DNA of 63,810 nucleotides, filler included, from Collodictyon triciliatum (lineage: Eukaryota), in the NCBI GenBank assembly GCA_043381765.1. It is 3 parts of 3 records of this genome, joined end to end, with 100 filler letters (N's around TTAATTAATTAA, not from the genome) between each part and the next. Parts side by side here need not be neighbours in the genome. Positions count along the whole stretch, not along the records: positions 1 to 23,656 come from JBHJMP010001111.1; positions 23,757 to 47,282 come from JBHJMP010001116.1; 1 more part is not named here. One strand, given 5' to 3'. The notes beneath the pieces are model-generated. The model was not told the DNA's origin, ran no database searches, and worked only from the letters and a program-made list of their open reading frames with translations. The stretch's first letter is position 1. The number at the start of each line of letters is the position of its first letter. Made by a program: the position numbers and the translations under genes. Below are positions 14,901 to 26,446 of the stretch, piece by piece.

Positions 14901-17413
14901 CCCCAAAAGAGAGCAAAGAGAATCAATTCCTGTCAGATAGGATACAAGCATATTTGGATATTCTTTACACTCTGCTGAATAGAGGAGTGGAGGTCACAGA
15001 TTTCGTGCACGACTGCCACTTTATGTTAACGAAGTCTGTTTGTCAAAGCTCACCATCACTTCATGAGAAATGGGCTAAAGAAATCGCCAAATTAGAGCTC
15101 TCTATCAGATTGGCTGCTCTAAACTCGGATATGCACCAACTTTGTGAAAATTACGCTGCAAGAAATGAAATGGTTGGACGTCCAGAAAAATTTGTAGAAG
15201 GTAAAAGAAGCTTTTAAAGTCTTTAATTTCCTCACTCTTTATGAAATTTTCATCAATTTATACAAATGTTTTTTTTTGAATTAAAAAAAAAGGAGAAATA
15301 AGGAAATTGCTCACATTATATCCCACCACAGGCCAAGATACGGGGATCCAACGTAGGCTTGGTTCTGAAGAGCTGACTATTCAGAATTGCAGGCTTATCG
15401 ACCGCTTTTTGTTCTCAGAAATAGATAAATTGAGGATGAAATCAGGAGAGATGTACGAATATACGTTGCAGAGGATACAAAATCAAACGTCAATAGACTC
15501 TGGTTGTATGGCACACACATTTGACAAGGAAAGTGCTATTGAGCTAATAAATGATGAAGACGGATACTTTGCACCAGCGGGTATGTCTCTGAAGTTTGAT
15601 GGCAAAGGTATTAGATAAACGAATTTCATCGCTATAATTTTGAAGTAAAAATGTAAAAGGGGGATAAATTAATTGAGTACTTTACGTAATATGTTGCCCT
15701 GATTATTTTTTTTTGTATTAACCACTTTGCTTTTATTTTGATTTTTTTAAGTCACATGCATGAAAATGAATCACCGAGGGGATGCTCTGTTAGCGGTAGC
15801 ATGTTCAGATAAATCGATAAGGATATTCAAAGTGTCTCAAAGAGATGTCCTTGTACAGATGATTCAAGAGAAGATTTGTCCTTGGGGCGTTTTGACAGGT
15901 TATCCATTTTTCTTGTTCTTTTTGAAAAAAAAGAAAGGCCATAAGTGTTTTTTATTTGAATGCGATAATATCTCAACAAATGCTATTGCAAATTTTTGTA
16001 TTTCTTCTTTCAGATCTGGAGTGGTCCTCAGTGTATCCAAAAATGTATGGGATATGCGGCAGCAAAATTTGTTCTGTCGATGTAAATAGTGGAGACTTGA
16101 GGCTTGAATGTGATGTCGGCATCGAACTAAGACTAATAAAAAGCCATCCTTTTATGAGCAATATGTTGATTGTAAGTTGAGTCAAACGAAATGAAGATTT
16201 CAAATAGTCTTTCTCTTCATCCTTTTATTATGGAGAAAATTTAATTTTTTTTTTAAAAAAAATGACTTTGTTGTAACTTTTAGGTCGGTAACTCCCAAAA
16301 TATTGTATCTTTGGTCAATGTTGAGACTGGGAAGATAATACAGAGGTCAGAACTGGCCGGAACCTTGAAATCCGTTTGTTTTGACGTCACAGGGTCTTCC
16401 ATGTATTTGGGTGATGCAAAGGTATAGATGGAATATTATAATTAAAAAAAATTTAAATGCTTTCTCTTTTTCCGGAAAGAATTCATTTCCTTCATTGTAA
16501 AAAAAATAATTAATTGTAATATGTAAGTATTTCTCTAACGAAACAGGGTGTTGTCTACCAAACGAACCTGAATATTAGTGATGGCAGGTGGAGAATTAGA
16601 AGTAAAGCAGTTGTTAGCAAAGGCTATCCTGTTACATCTCTTGGCTTTACCGCGCCATGTCCGTCTCTCGGGTCAAAACTGCCCGTTCTAATGACCCATT
16701 CTGCCGACAACCGCGTGCGTTTATTCAAGTAATGAACTCAAAAAACACACTGTCCTCATTAATTTTCATGATAAGTAACATTTTGTATTCACAGTGTCAT
16801 ATCAAGACCATTGTTTTTGCTTCATCCAACTGTGGAGTATCCGGTTGTTTGTAATAGAATGTACCCGAGTTTGAGTGACGAAATCCTAGTTCAAAGTCAA
16901 TTTTGTCAGGCCCCAACAGCACACGGAGGTATTTCCTAATATCGCTAGTTTTCATTATTATTATTATTAATTTTTTTTTTTTGTTTTTTCTGTGCTAAAT
17001 CACCTTCATCAAAAAGAATATCCAATATTTGAGATACAATAACAAAAGAATTTAATACTGATCGGCGCTTGGTATCATTCGTGCTCTGCATGAATGTGAA
17101 AAGGCAAGTTGTTTGTCATTTCTGGCAGCGAAAACTCCAGTGTATATGTTTATGACGTTGGTAAGGGAATGTGTCTTGAGCTTCCCAATCACATACATCC
17201 GGTTACACAAATAGCCTGGAGTCGCCAGATGAACCAATTGGCCACACTAGGTGCGCTTTCACGATTTCATTTAGTTATATAAAGGCGTGCAATTTCATTC
17301 TTTTGAATGAGTTGTTATGTCAACTATATGATTGAATTGCAATACCCATTCGGTGTTAAACGATGTAAATTATAGATAGCAACAGCAACATCTTTTTCTG
17401 GTTTTACAAGTAA
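11908..17413 (+). CDS. Multidomain protein: VASt (StART-like) lipid-binding domain + low-complexity linker + PX domain + ankyrin repeats + WDR13-like WD40 propeller; first exon probably in the gap
   Basis: VASt-like EVTFTPWSQ...LRVEGLWKAE...TQITVSWEVEY...GIIEKQM. PX-like WVVRRRFSELW...LPEFPRKKFF...FLDRRKIELQGYLQ. ANK GETPLHIAAAAGCIDIAKLLLKYGPDVN. WDR13-like CMAHTFDK...VTCMKMNHRGDALLAVACSDKSI...VISGSENSSVYVYDV...HPVTQIAWS. Stop TAA at 17411-17413. The VASt-linker, linker-PX and ANK-WD40 junctions I checked are in frame. Confidence 0.72.
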
Positions 17414-18009
17414 ATCATCACAAGTGTGTTATCGGCACTCGCTCAGGATTGTTGCATCTTGAAGCCAGAATCTGCAAATATAATCCAACGTGTACATTCA
17501 AATAATACCCTTCTCCTCTCAACGCCAACTCCACATATTCCTTCCTTGCCTTTATTTCAGACTTTTGCTTGTGTTAAGACAAACGGATATGGGAGGGAAT
17601 AAATAAATAAAAAAAAAAAGACCATCAAGTATAAATGTTGTTTAAAATACCATAAATAATATAAGATAGAAAGGAAAGGCGATGAAATCGTAAACACATA
17701 TAATATATATTAAATGAATATACTTGCATAAATATCAGCTATTATATCGAGCTTTGCATTCAATCTAACTCTCAGCTTAATTGGTTATTTACTGGGTTTA
17801 TCGTTTCTATAACTGATTGTAACCCATAGCGGAGTCCTTTTTATTGCCTGCGTTGGAGTCCGATTAAAAAAACAATAGCAGAAGAGAAAAGGATTTTGGT
17901 TAGCCATATTATAATATTCCTTTTTTTTTTCACAATATTAATCGAAAAGACTTTGGGAATGTTTCTTTATTTTAGCACAATACCCTCTCAGCAACGCAGT
18001 ATCAATTTT

Positions 18010-19079
18010 TCAAACATCCAACCAACGGTGGAACTTGACAAACAAAACATAGATTGTCGTGAATATCAAAATGACCACAGTAATCCTAGAAAAATACCAC
18101 TTAACAAAGAATGTTTTTGATGTCGAAGAAAAAATCTTCTAAAAAGGCATGGAAAAAAAGGGTAATATAATAATAATAGAAGATGAAAATAGAGCAAAAA
18201 AATATTTAAAAAAGAAACAAACCACTCTCCATATTATAAAAATATGATATCGTCAACTTACGCAAAAACCAGCCAGGGGAATTCGTCTAAACTACTGAGC
18301 TTGATTGTCCACCCAACCATCACAGTCCAAAACATCCAAATGTAGTTTCTTTGCAATCGAATCAAGCAGCTTTTTTGGAAGGGAAGAAGTCTCGGATGTA
18401 TTCCATAGGCCTCGCCAAGTTTATGCTTCCACGCCAGGTCCGGGTTTGGGGAGTGCGTGATGATTCCTATCCAGCCTGTTTCCACAATCCTGCAGCGACA
18501 CAAAGCAAGCTCATAAAAAGTATACCTTCTCGTCTCCATCACAAGAAACAACACATTCAGCAGTAAAATGACGACAAAGAATGTGTGTGGAATCGTTTCG
18601 CGTGCCAGAGTGAAAGTGACCAAAAGACCAGTCAGGCTGATGGCCCAGTTTGTCACCGTATCAAGGCGCTGTCTATACGCCGCCACTCGGCCAAGCTCTG
18701 CCCTATACAAATGGACAAACGGAGTATGCAGGTTATCGGGTACATCGCCGTCTGGAAGGGCCGGGTTGCTTGCGCGTGGACTCGGCGCTGTCAAAGAGAC
18801 GCTGCGAGACATCGGACTGGCCGAAGGCGAATATGCGACAGGATTCTGCTGCGCGTGAGGTTGACTTTGCTGCTGGGCCATGGACGCGAAGCTGGTTGCA
18901 GAAGCTCCTTCTGGCTCGGTCTGATCGCGCGACAAAAGACTGGACGCTGCATAGGCCTTTGTTGCTTTTGGTGTTGGCTGTGGGCTGTCTTGTTCGTCGT
19001 CCAAGGCAGGCTTTGACAGTTCCGTCAGAATGATGCCTGGTTGCTCATTCCTCGCGCCGGCTTTTGATGATGTGAACAT
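18010..19079 (-). CDS. DUF2270-family integral membrane protein (exons 19079-18262, 18085-18010)
   Basis: HLYRAELGRVAAYRQRLDTVTNWAI...ETRRYTFYE...R...RLQRNYIW matches the DUF2270 pattern as I recall it. Disordered N-terminus; GTAAGT donor; last exon ITVVILIFTTIYVLFVKFHRWLDV*. Confidence 0.8.
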
Positions 19080-19308
19080 ATCACCAAGATTGCAACCTGT
19101 TATGTACCTGACAGGACGAGGAATGAAAAGTGTGCGCGTATGTATGTGAGTGCACAGGCGCTGAGCGGGTACGACGCTGTGGAATGTTTTTTTTTTTTTT
19201 AATTTTGATTGGCAATTGAAAAGTTGTGTATATTTATAAAGGAGCATTATTCGATACGATGAATCATAATTTCTTTCTTTCCATGAACATTCTATTCTTT
19301 TGGTGATT

Positions 19309-19694
19309 ATGACTGATGACCTGATAAACCGGGAGCAATCAATACGAGCATATGGCTCGTGAACAAGGAATACATGGAATATCAAGTCTCCAAAGACCCA
19401 CGCACCATAGTATTCTACGACCTTGAAAAAGCATATGATTATGTGAACCATGAAGCCCTAGAAATCATCTTAAAAAAGCGAGGATTCTGCTCAAAGCTCA
19501 CCACACTTATCAAGAAGCTATACGAGAACGCCGCAACTAGGGTTCTGACTGCACACGGCCCTACCGACATAATCCAGAGACAAAGCGGCGTCTACCAAGG
19601 GTGCCCTCTGGCGCCGCTTCTCTTTAACTTTGTCGCCGACTGCCTTGCAATCCACTTCAGAGACAACAAAGTTCGCAACCAATCATCGTATTGA
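19309..19694 (+). mobile_element. Degenerate non-LTR (LINE) retrotransposon reverse-transcriptase fragment
   Basis: IVFYDLEKAYDYVNH and QSGVYQGCPLAPLLFNFVAD are non-LTR RT motifs. An upstream MTDDLINREQ lies in another frame (deletion/frameshift). The ORF stops before the YADD motif and there is no endonuclease. Confidence 0.85.
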
Positions 19695-20007
19695 AGACAC
19701 GCACAACATTAATTTCTTGGTAGAAACAGCAACACAGGTACATATAAATGCATAAAGTGCTAATTTTTTTTTATTTTTGCTGATGGGCCCGGCGAATCTG
19801 TGCCTTGGGTCTCAGGGAGACGATGGAAATGCCCTGCATAGATATAGTTTAATGCATTGTAAATGCGTTTCAATAATAATAGTAATAATAATGATAATCA
19901 AAATCAAAATTATAATAAGAATAAGAATAGTAATAGTAATAATAATAGTAATAAAACTTTTGGTGGCATTGACTTCTGATTTAGCACAATGAATCATCTA
20001 ACCCATT

Positions 20008-23000
20008 TCAAGCCACGACTTTTTGTCTCCACTCAGCCGCCTTCTCCACGTCTCTCTCGACTCCCCATCCATTCTCATAGCACTCTGCCACTATTGCGAC
20101 CGCCTTAGGATGTTTTGGTGATTGGCCCCATTCCCTCTTCATTTCGGCCATTACTTTCAGCGAACGGAATGCATCTTCCGAACCTTGCTCTGATAGCTCT
20201 CTGAGTTTCTCGAAGCTCTCGGAAGCCCCATACAATTGGATGGCGGTGGTAATGCTTTTTTCGACACCCCATCCATTTTCATAGCATTCGGCTGTCATCG
20301 AGACGGCCTCAGGGTATTTATACTTCTCACCCATTTTTATGCCATACCTTACGAGATCCTCTTTCAACTCTGACGTTTTTTTCAATGCACCAAAAGCTCC
20401 TATCGACCCCTGCTGGGCAAGATGTTTTAATTTTTCAAAGTTTTCTGTTTTTCCGTACCATTCCGCCGCTGCGTTAATGTTGCTCTCAACACCCCACCCA
20501 TGTTCATAGACTTGGGCCATCAACTGGGCCTGGAACTTTGAGAAACGACCCTCCTCACAAAACTTCACAAACTCTTCATTAAACGTGACAGCACCGATGG
20601 ATAGCAGAGTCCTCGCACAAAAATTGCTCAATCCAACTGCACCTTTCATTCTTATATTTCCTCCTTCCAGTTTCCTCCAGCCGGCCACTAGAACTTTCTC
20701 CTCTCCGAAACTAGGATTGGTATCAACCAGGCTTAGTGAGATGCCCGAGGCAGAAGCTTCGGGCACTGGCGAGAAGGCACCAATATTTCCTTTTTTGAGA
20801 ATGTGTCTTCCGCACATATATGTTTGCTCTGCTGTCTGTATGTCATGAAGTTGGCTCTCAGGTACTAAGTGAGATAGACGAATTACTTTATCCTCACTTC
20901 CCGATGCTAACCAGTTTTCTCCGTTCGGGCCTTGGATAGTGCAAATGCTTGTAACTGAACCAGCATGCTTCTGCCACAGTTTTGTTTGAATACCTGTTTC
21001 AACGTCCCAAAGTCTTATTGTTTTATCGCTGCTACCCGATGCTAACCAGTTCTCTCCGTTTGGTCCTTTGACACTGCAAATGCTCCATACAGTGTCGCTA
21101 TGGCCTTCCAATGTTTTTACTTGAATTTTTGTGTCTATATCCCATATAATGATTGTCTTATCCTGGCCTCCAGATGCCAACCAATTTTCCCCTTTTGGTC
21201 CTAGGACGGGGCAAACACAATGGACACCAGGACTTTTATGACCGTAAAGATCTTTGACTTCTTTTGCACCATCAATATCCCATAGCCGAATGATATACTG
21301 ACCAGCAGATGCCAACCATTTTTCGCCGTTTGGACCTTGAACAGGACAAATGCACAAATCAGTTGCGCGACCCTCTAGTGTTTTGAGATGATTTCCTGTG
21401 GCTACGTCCCACAGAAGAATAGTTGCATCAAATCCTGAAGACGCTAGCCATTTCTCTCCGTTGCGACTTTCAATCACACAGACACTTATCGCAGGATTCT
21501 TGCTTCCGTTGAGCCATCTGACCAACTTACCCGTGGTAACATCCCATATCCCAACCTTCTTGTCGTCACTTCCGGATGCCAACCACTTATCTCCATTTGG
21601 CCCTTCAAGTGTACAAATGCTTCTTATCCAGCTAGTATGGCCCTCCAATTTTTTAGTTCGAACCCCTGTTGCCAAGTCCCAAATTCCTATGGTGTAATCT
21701 CGGCTTCCTGACGCCAGCCATTTTTCACCATTTGGTCCTTGAACGTGGCAGACAGATAGAATCTCTCTTTCGTGTCCCTCTAGTTTATCCCTGGCGATGC
21801 CAAACTTGACTCCATTCATATTTGCATCGTCAAAAGTAGAATCTCCAAACGTTGCGTTGGCGAAGTTAACACCGGTTAAGTTAGCACCTGTGAAATTGGA
21901 ACTGCCCATCACTGATTTTGAAAGGTTAGCGTGTGGAATTTTTACATGTGATAAATCCAATCCGTTGAGGGAAACTTTCATAAAATTTAGGAAAGAAATC
22001 GCTTGAGAACCAAGGACGGCCATGCTTTCATCCGTTTTAGTTTGGGCAACTATCATGAGTAAATAGGACGCTACTTGTTCAAAATTCCACTCTTCATCGA
22101 GGCATGCGCCTTTAATATTATCGGAAATGAAAGCCTTGACGTTTGTAAACTCTACTGGCTCTTTGTGTATCCCGATGTTTTTCGAATTGAAAGATATGTA
22201 TTCACAGGAATTCAATGTTCTCTCATGAACAAAACCAAGTTCATTCGAGAATCTATCTCTCATACATGCCCAAAAATCCACTGCTTCCATATCATATTTG
22301 ACGCTTTGGCAAAGTCGTTGGACATTTTCACAGGCTATCCAACAGTTCCAGTTTTCATAGGTCGAAGTTTCTCCATATCTGAGCGCTGCACATTTGTACA
22401 GGTGAATCGCAACCTCTATCTCCTTTTTGTTCTCCATAAACTTAGCTATCTTCACACACAGCATTCCGTCTTCGAGAGACATAAATGTTTTTGTCTCCTT
22501 GCGGATACCAGCCGATTTTCGGAGCATTTCAATCGCAAATGAGTGTCTAGATAAACAATAGGGAAATCAGGAATTTTTTAAAATATTGTTATTTGGAGCC
22601 TTTCTTACAAAATTATTTCTTTTTTATAAAAAAAAAAAACACCTGTTCGACTCGTAATTTAATTTCCCAATTTTCTCAAGCGCGTTCGCATTCTCTACTT
22701 CTTCTAGTTTGAATCCTTTCATTTCAATATGGAAATCCTGAAGTAATCCTTGGTAGCTAAGAACATAAATATTGGCTAATCTTGTCCTCTCGTGTTTTAA
22801 TCCAAGGTTTTCAGTGAATCTTTCTCTCATTTCTTCCCAAAATTCGACACCTTCTTCATATAGCTCGTTTTCCTTACAGTATTCGTCAGTGTTCTCACAA
22901 GCAATCCACGTGTCTATGTTGTCATATGCGGATTCTTCGCTGTATCTTAAAGCAGCGGTCTTAAGAAGCTGAATAACAATATCATGCTCTTTCTTTTGCT

Positions 23001-23615
23001 TCATCAGAGCTGTGGCTCTTTTGATTAGGGAGATGTTTCGTAGACTCATTATGGTCTTTGTTCTTCGTCGAAACTGCGCCGCATTTCGAAGGCAATCCAC
23101 ACACTGTGCAAAACTGAATGGATTTGATATTAGGCATTTTAAATTAGAGAATATACCATCGGCACGTACACAGGCGTTGAAATGTCGCAACAGTTAAACA
23201 AAAAAAAATACGTACCTCTCCAGCTCAAAGTTAATGGTCGCAACGTATTCAAGAGATAATATGTACTCGATGTGATGCTCGCCAAATGTTCTCTTTCTGA
23301 TACTCAGAGTTCTGGTGTAGGCATCAAGTGCTCCTTTAAAGCTAATCACAAATACTAATCTTAAAACTCAAGACCTTACGGGTATCTTCGAGCAAGAAGG
23401 CATATATCTTGATAATCAAGGGATTATAGTTTATTAAACCAACATATCAGATATTAAGATTCAAGAAGAAATCAAGAGCCAAAATTTACTCTTTCATATC
23501 ATGATTGATGCCTCCAATCTTTTCGTAACAATTTACGACTTTCGGGTGGTTCTCTCCGAGTGTAGCAATCAAAATTTCAACGCATTCATTCAAGCATTCC
23601 AGTGCCTCGCTTTTA
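20008..23615 (-). CDS. Paralog of the 3987-11239 gene (TPR + helical module x2 + pentapeptide + 7 WD40 + 3 SEL1-like), 5'-truncated at the contig end
   Basis: Exons 23615-23490 (126 nt), 23341-23216 (126 nt), 23113-22643 (471 nt) and 22546-20008, all joined by phase-2 introns. The 839-aa ORF aligns collinearly with the 1030-aa ORF. Confidence 0.85.
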
Positions 23616-23656
23616 CTGCAACACAATCATGTATTAATTGTCATATTTTCAATTAT

Positions 23657-23756
23657 NNNNNNNNNNNNNNNNNNNNNNNNNNNNNNNNNNNNNNNNNNNN
23701 TTAATTAATTAANNNNNNNNNNNNNNNNNNNNNNNNNNNNNNNNNNNNNNNNNNNN
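23657..23756. other. Artificial contig-join spacer
   Basis: 44 N + TTAATTAATTAA (stops in all six frames) + 44 N = 100 nt. Confidence 0.95.
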
Positions 23757-23853
23757 TTTTTTGTTTTTTGTTTTTTGTTTTTTGTTTTTTGTTTTTTGTT
23801 TTTTGTTTTTTGTTTTTTGTTTTTTGTTTTTTGTTTTTTGTTTTTTGTTTTTT
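23757..23853. repeat. (TTTTTTG)n repeat at the start of contig 2
   Basis: Direct observation. Confidence 0.9.
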
Positions 23854-24644
23854 TGGCGCCTAGTTTCTTCTGAACCAAGCAGATGCTGGGATGGATGCAA
23901 TCGGTAATATGACAAGTGCTATATACAATTATGGAATATAATTTTAAAATACTACACAAGCTTAAATGTGTGTTGATTGTGCACAAGTAAAAATTTTAAT
24001 GCATGAAAAATTATACTGATGTGAATGTGAAATTGTTCTATAAGCTGTGCAGAGGTAGACAAGATTGTTCCGGTTTCAAGGATACATTCATTGAATATTT
24101 CATGTGAATCAAGACCACAGACCAATCAAAATAAATCAACAGGCCAACCGCGCGGTAAATCCATGATTTTGGTCACAGCACACACAATGCGAAGAAGGAC
24201 AAAGCCCAGCGCGTCAGGGAAGACTCGCCCACTCGCGAGGACACGCCCATTCAACCGCATCTGTATTCTCCTCACGAGTTCTCTCCTCACCCCAACTATT
24301 CTGTCCAAAAAAAAAAGTTAGAAAAGCAAACTGCCGAGAGCGAAGATTCACTCCAACAAAAATCCTTTCTCGCCCAAACAACCCAGCGAACCTATCTCCC
24401 ACAAATATGTATGTTGCGTTTCTCAAACAAGCGCCAAGCATAGAAAGAAATAGAAAGAAATAGAAAGAAATAGAAAGAAATAGAGAGAAAGAGAGAGAAA
24501 GAGAGAGAAAGAGAGAGAAAGAGAGAGAAAGAGAGAGAAAGAGAGAGAAAAAATTAAGAGAGGAAATAGTCACCTAAAGAAATTACGCCTTAAAACACCG
24601 CCCTTACAGAACCACTTTATACGCATCAAACAACAGTTTGTAAC

Positions 24645-25756
24645 ATGTCTGGACGAGGCGGCCGTGGCGGAGGTTTCGGAGGTGGTCGAGGAGGTGGTTT
24701 TGGAGGTGGTCGAGGTGGAAGCGGAGGAGGCCGTGGCGGCGGCTTTGGAGGCGGTCGAGGAGGAGGCCGCGGAGGATATGGCGGAGGCCGTGGAGGATAT
24801 GGTGGAGGAGGCCGTGATCAGCAGCCGATGGGTCCGCCTGAACAAATCCAAGGTTTTATTTGTTATTTTTTTTTTATTTTTTCATAGTTTCTTTCACGCC
24901 TGAATATATGCGCTACTCTATTTTTTTTTCCCCCTTTGTTGTTTTCTAATAGAACAATCACTTTCGTCCAACTACAGTCTTTACGGTGCGTATTTGAAAC
25001 TGGAGACGTGCCCAACTCACACTCATGTATATCCTACGGGCAAGCTACTAACGGAATGAAACCATAGAACTCGGTGTCTTCTTGCACAACTGCGAAAAGG
25101 ATCTTGTCTTCCGGGTGACGATCCGTCAAGTGCCGCACTTCAACGCCTTTGTCTACCTCGAGAACAAATCATGCATCGGGAAGGTCGACGAGATCTTTGG
25201 GCCCATTAGTGAATTTGTAAGCCCACAGGAACCATTTCACACAGACACATTCACATAGAATAGAATAGAATAGAATAGAATAGAATAGAATAGAATAGAT
25301 ACCATGCAGTATAATTCGCACAGTACATAAGATACGATACACCCCTCCCTTATCGCGCAGTACTTCACGGTCAAGCCGGGCAGCGGAATCAAGGCCGAGT
25401 CCTTCAAGGCGGGCGACCGCGTCTTTGTGGCACCCGAGAAGCTGCTGCCCCTGGAGCGCTTCCTGCCGCAGCCCAAGAAGCCAAAGGCCCCGTCCGGCCC
25501 ACGCGACAAAAGGGGCGGCTTCGGCGGCGGCCGTGGCGGAGGCTTTGGCGGCGGACGCGGAGGCGGCTTCGGAGGAGGTCGTGGAGGCGGCTTCGGTGGT
25601 GGACGCGGAGGCAGCTTTGGCGGCGGACGCGGAGGCGGAGTCTCAAAGGGTGGCTTTGGGGAAGGCCGTGGTGGCTTTGGAGGAGGCCGTGGCGGCAGCG
25701 GAGGCGGCTTTGGAGGAGGTCGTGGCGGAGGCTTTGGAGGAGGTCGCGGCCGATAA
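24645..25756 (+). CDS. GAR1: H/ACA snoRNP subunit GAR1 (exons 24645-24852, 25068-25216, 25361-25756)
   Basis: RGG-rich N- and C-termini flank the core [21 protein letters not shown]...[26 protein letters not shown]...YFTVK...[10 protein letters not shown]. Intron 1 has a TACTAAC branch point. Confidence 0.97.
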
Positions 25757-26446
25757 GCGCGGCAGCCGAGACTCGCCTCCTTGGACTGGGCTCCTTTCGT
25801 CCGCCGTCTCCTGCGCATGCCTGTTGCCTTTTGCCTTTTGCCTTTTGCCTTGCAGTTGCTTGCCTTTTTGCTTCATCCTCAGAGTCTGATGCCGTCTTGC
25901 TTGCAGAGGGTGGGGCCGGGCTGAGCTCTTTGCGTTGGATTCGTCTCGTTATGATTGTGTGGATCCGTGGCCTCGTTCGGCTGCGAGGCGTTTGTGTGTG
26001 TCCCTCTCGCTGCTTCCCTTCTTCTTTTCCTTCTCTTTCGCACTCTCAAACTCTGCCGTCTCCTTTCTCTCTGTCTTTTCTGTCACCCACAAGCTTCCTT
26101 GGCTATGCCAGTTGACTAAAGATACACCATTAATTAACGCCCGGATTACCGTCTCTCTGTGACTCAGCCGTGACTCTTAAGACTTGTTCCGCTTTTTTGT
26201 ATCGAATAAATGGGAAAAAAAAAGACGTGTTGCGCTTCTTTGTTGACACACCAGAGCGACAAAGAAACACTGCTCGTTCGTATTATTCTTTCATGACAAA
26301 CTAGGTCTTGCTGGTCGTATATGAGCTCCACTTCTTCTTTACATGTCAGAATCCCTATTGTTCTTTTTTTCTCTCTCTCTCTTTCCCTTTTTCTTTGTTG
26401 ATTGTTCATTTTGTTGTGTTTTCATTTTCTTTCTTTTCTATTCAGT

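Noticed and set aside
23701-23712. TTAATTAATTAA palindrome as a biological site (also 47327-47338)
   Set aside because: Flanked by exactly 44 N on each side; a synthetic linker.
25237-25818. Pro-rich 193-aa ORF on the minus strand
   Set aside because: Antisense shadow of the GAR1 RGG repeats.
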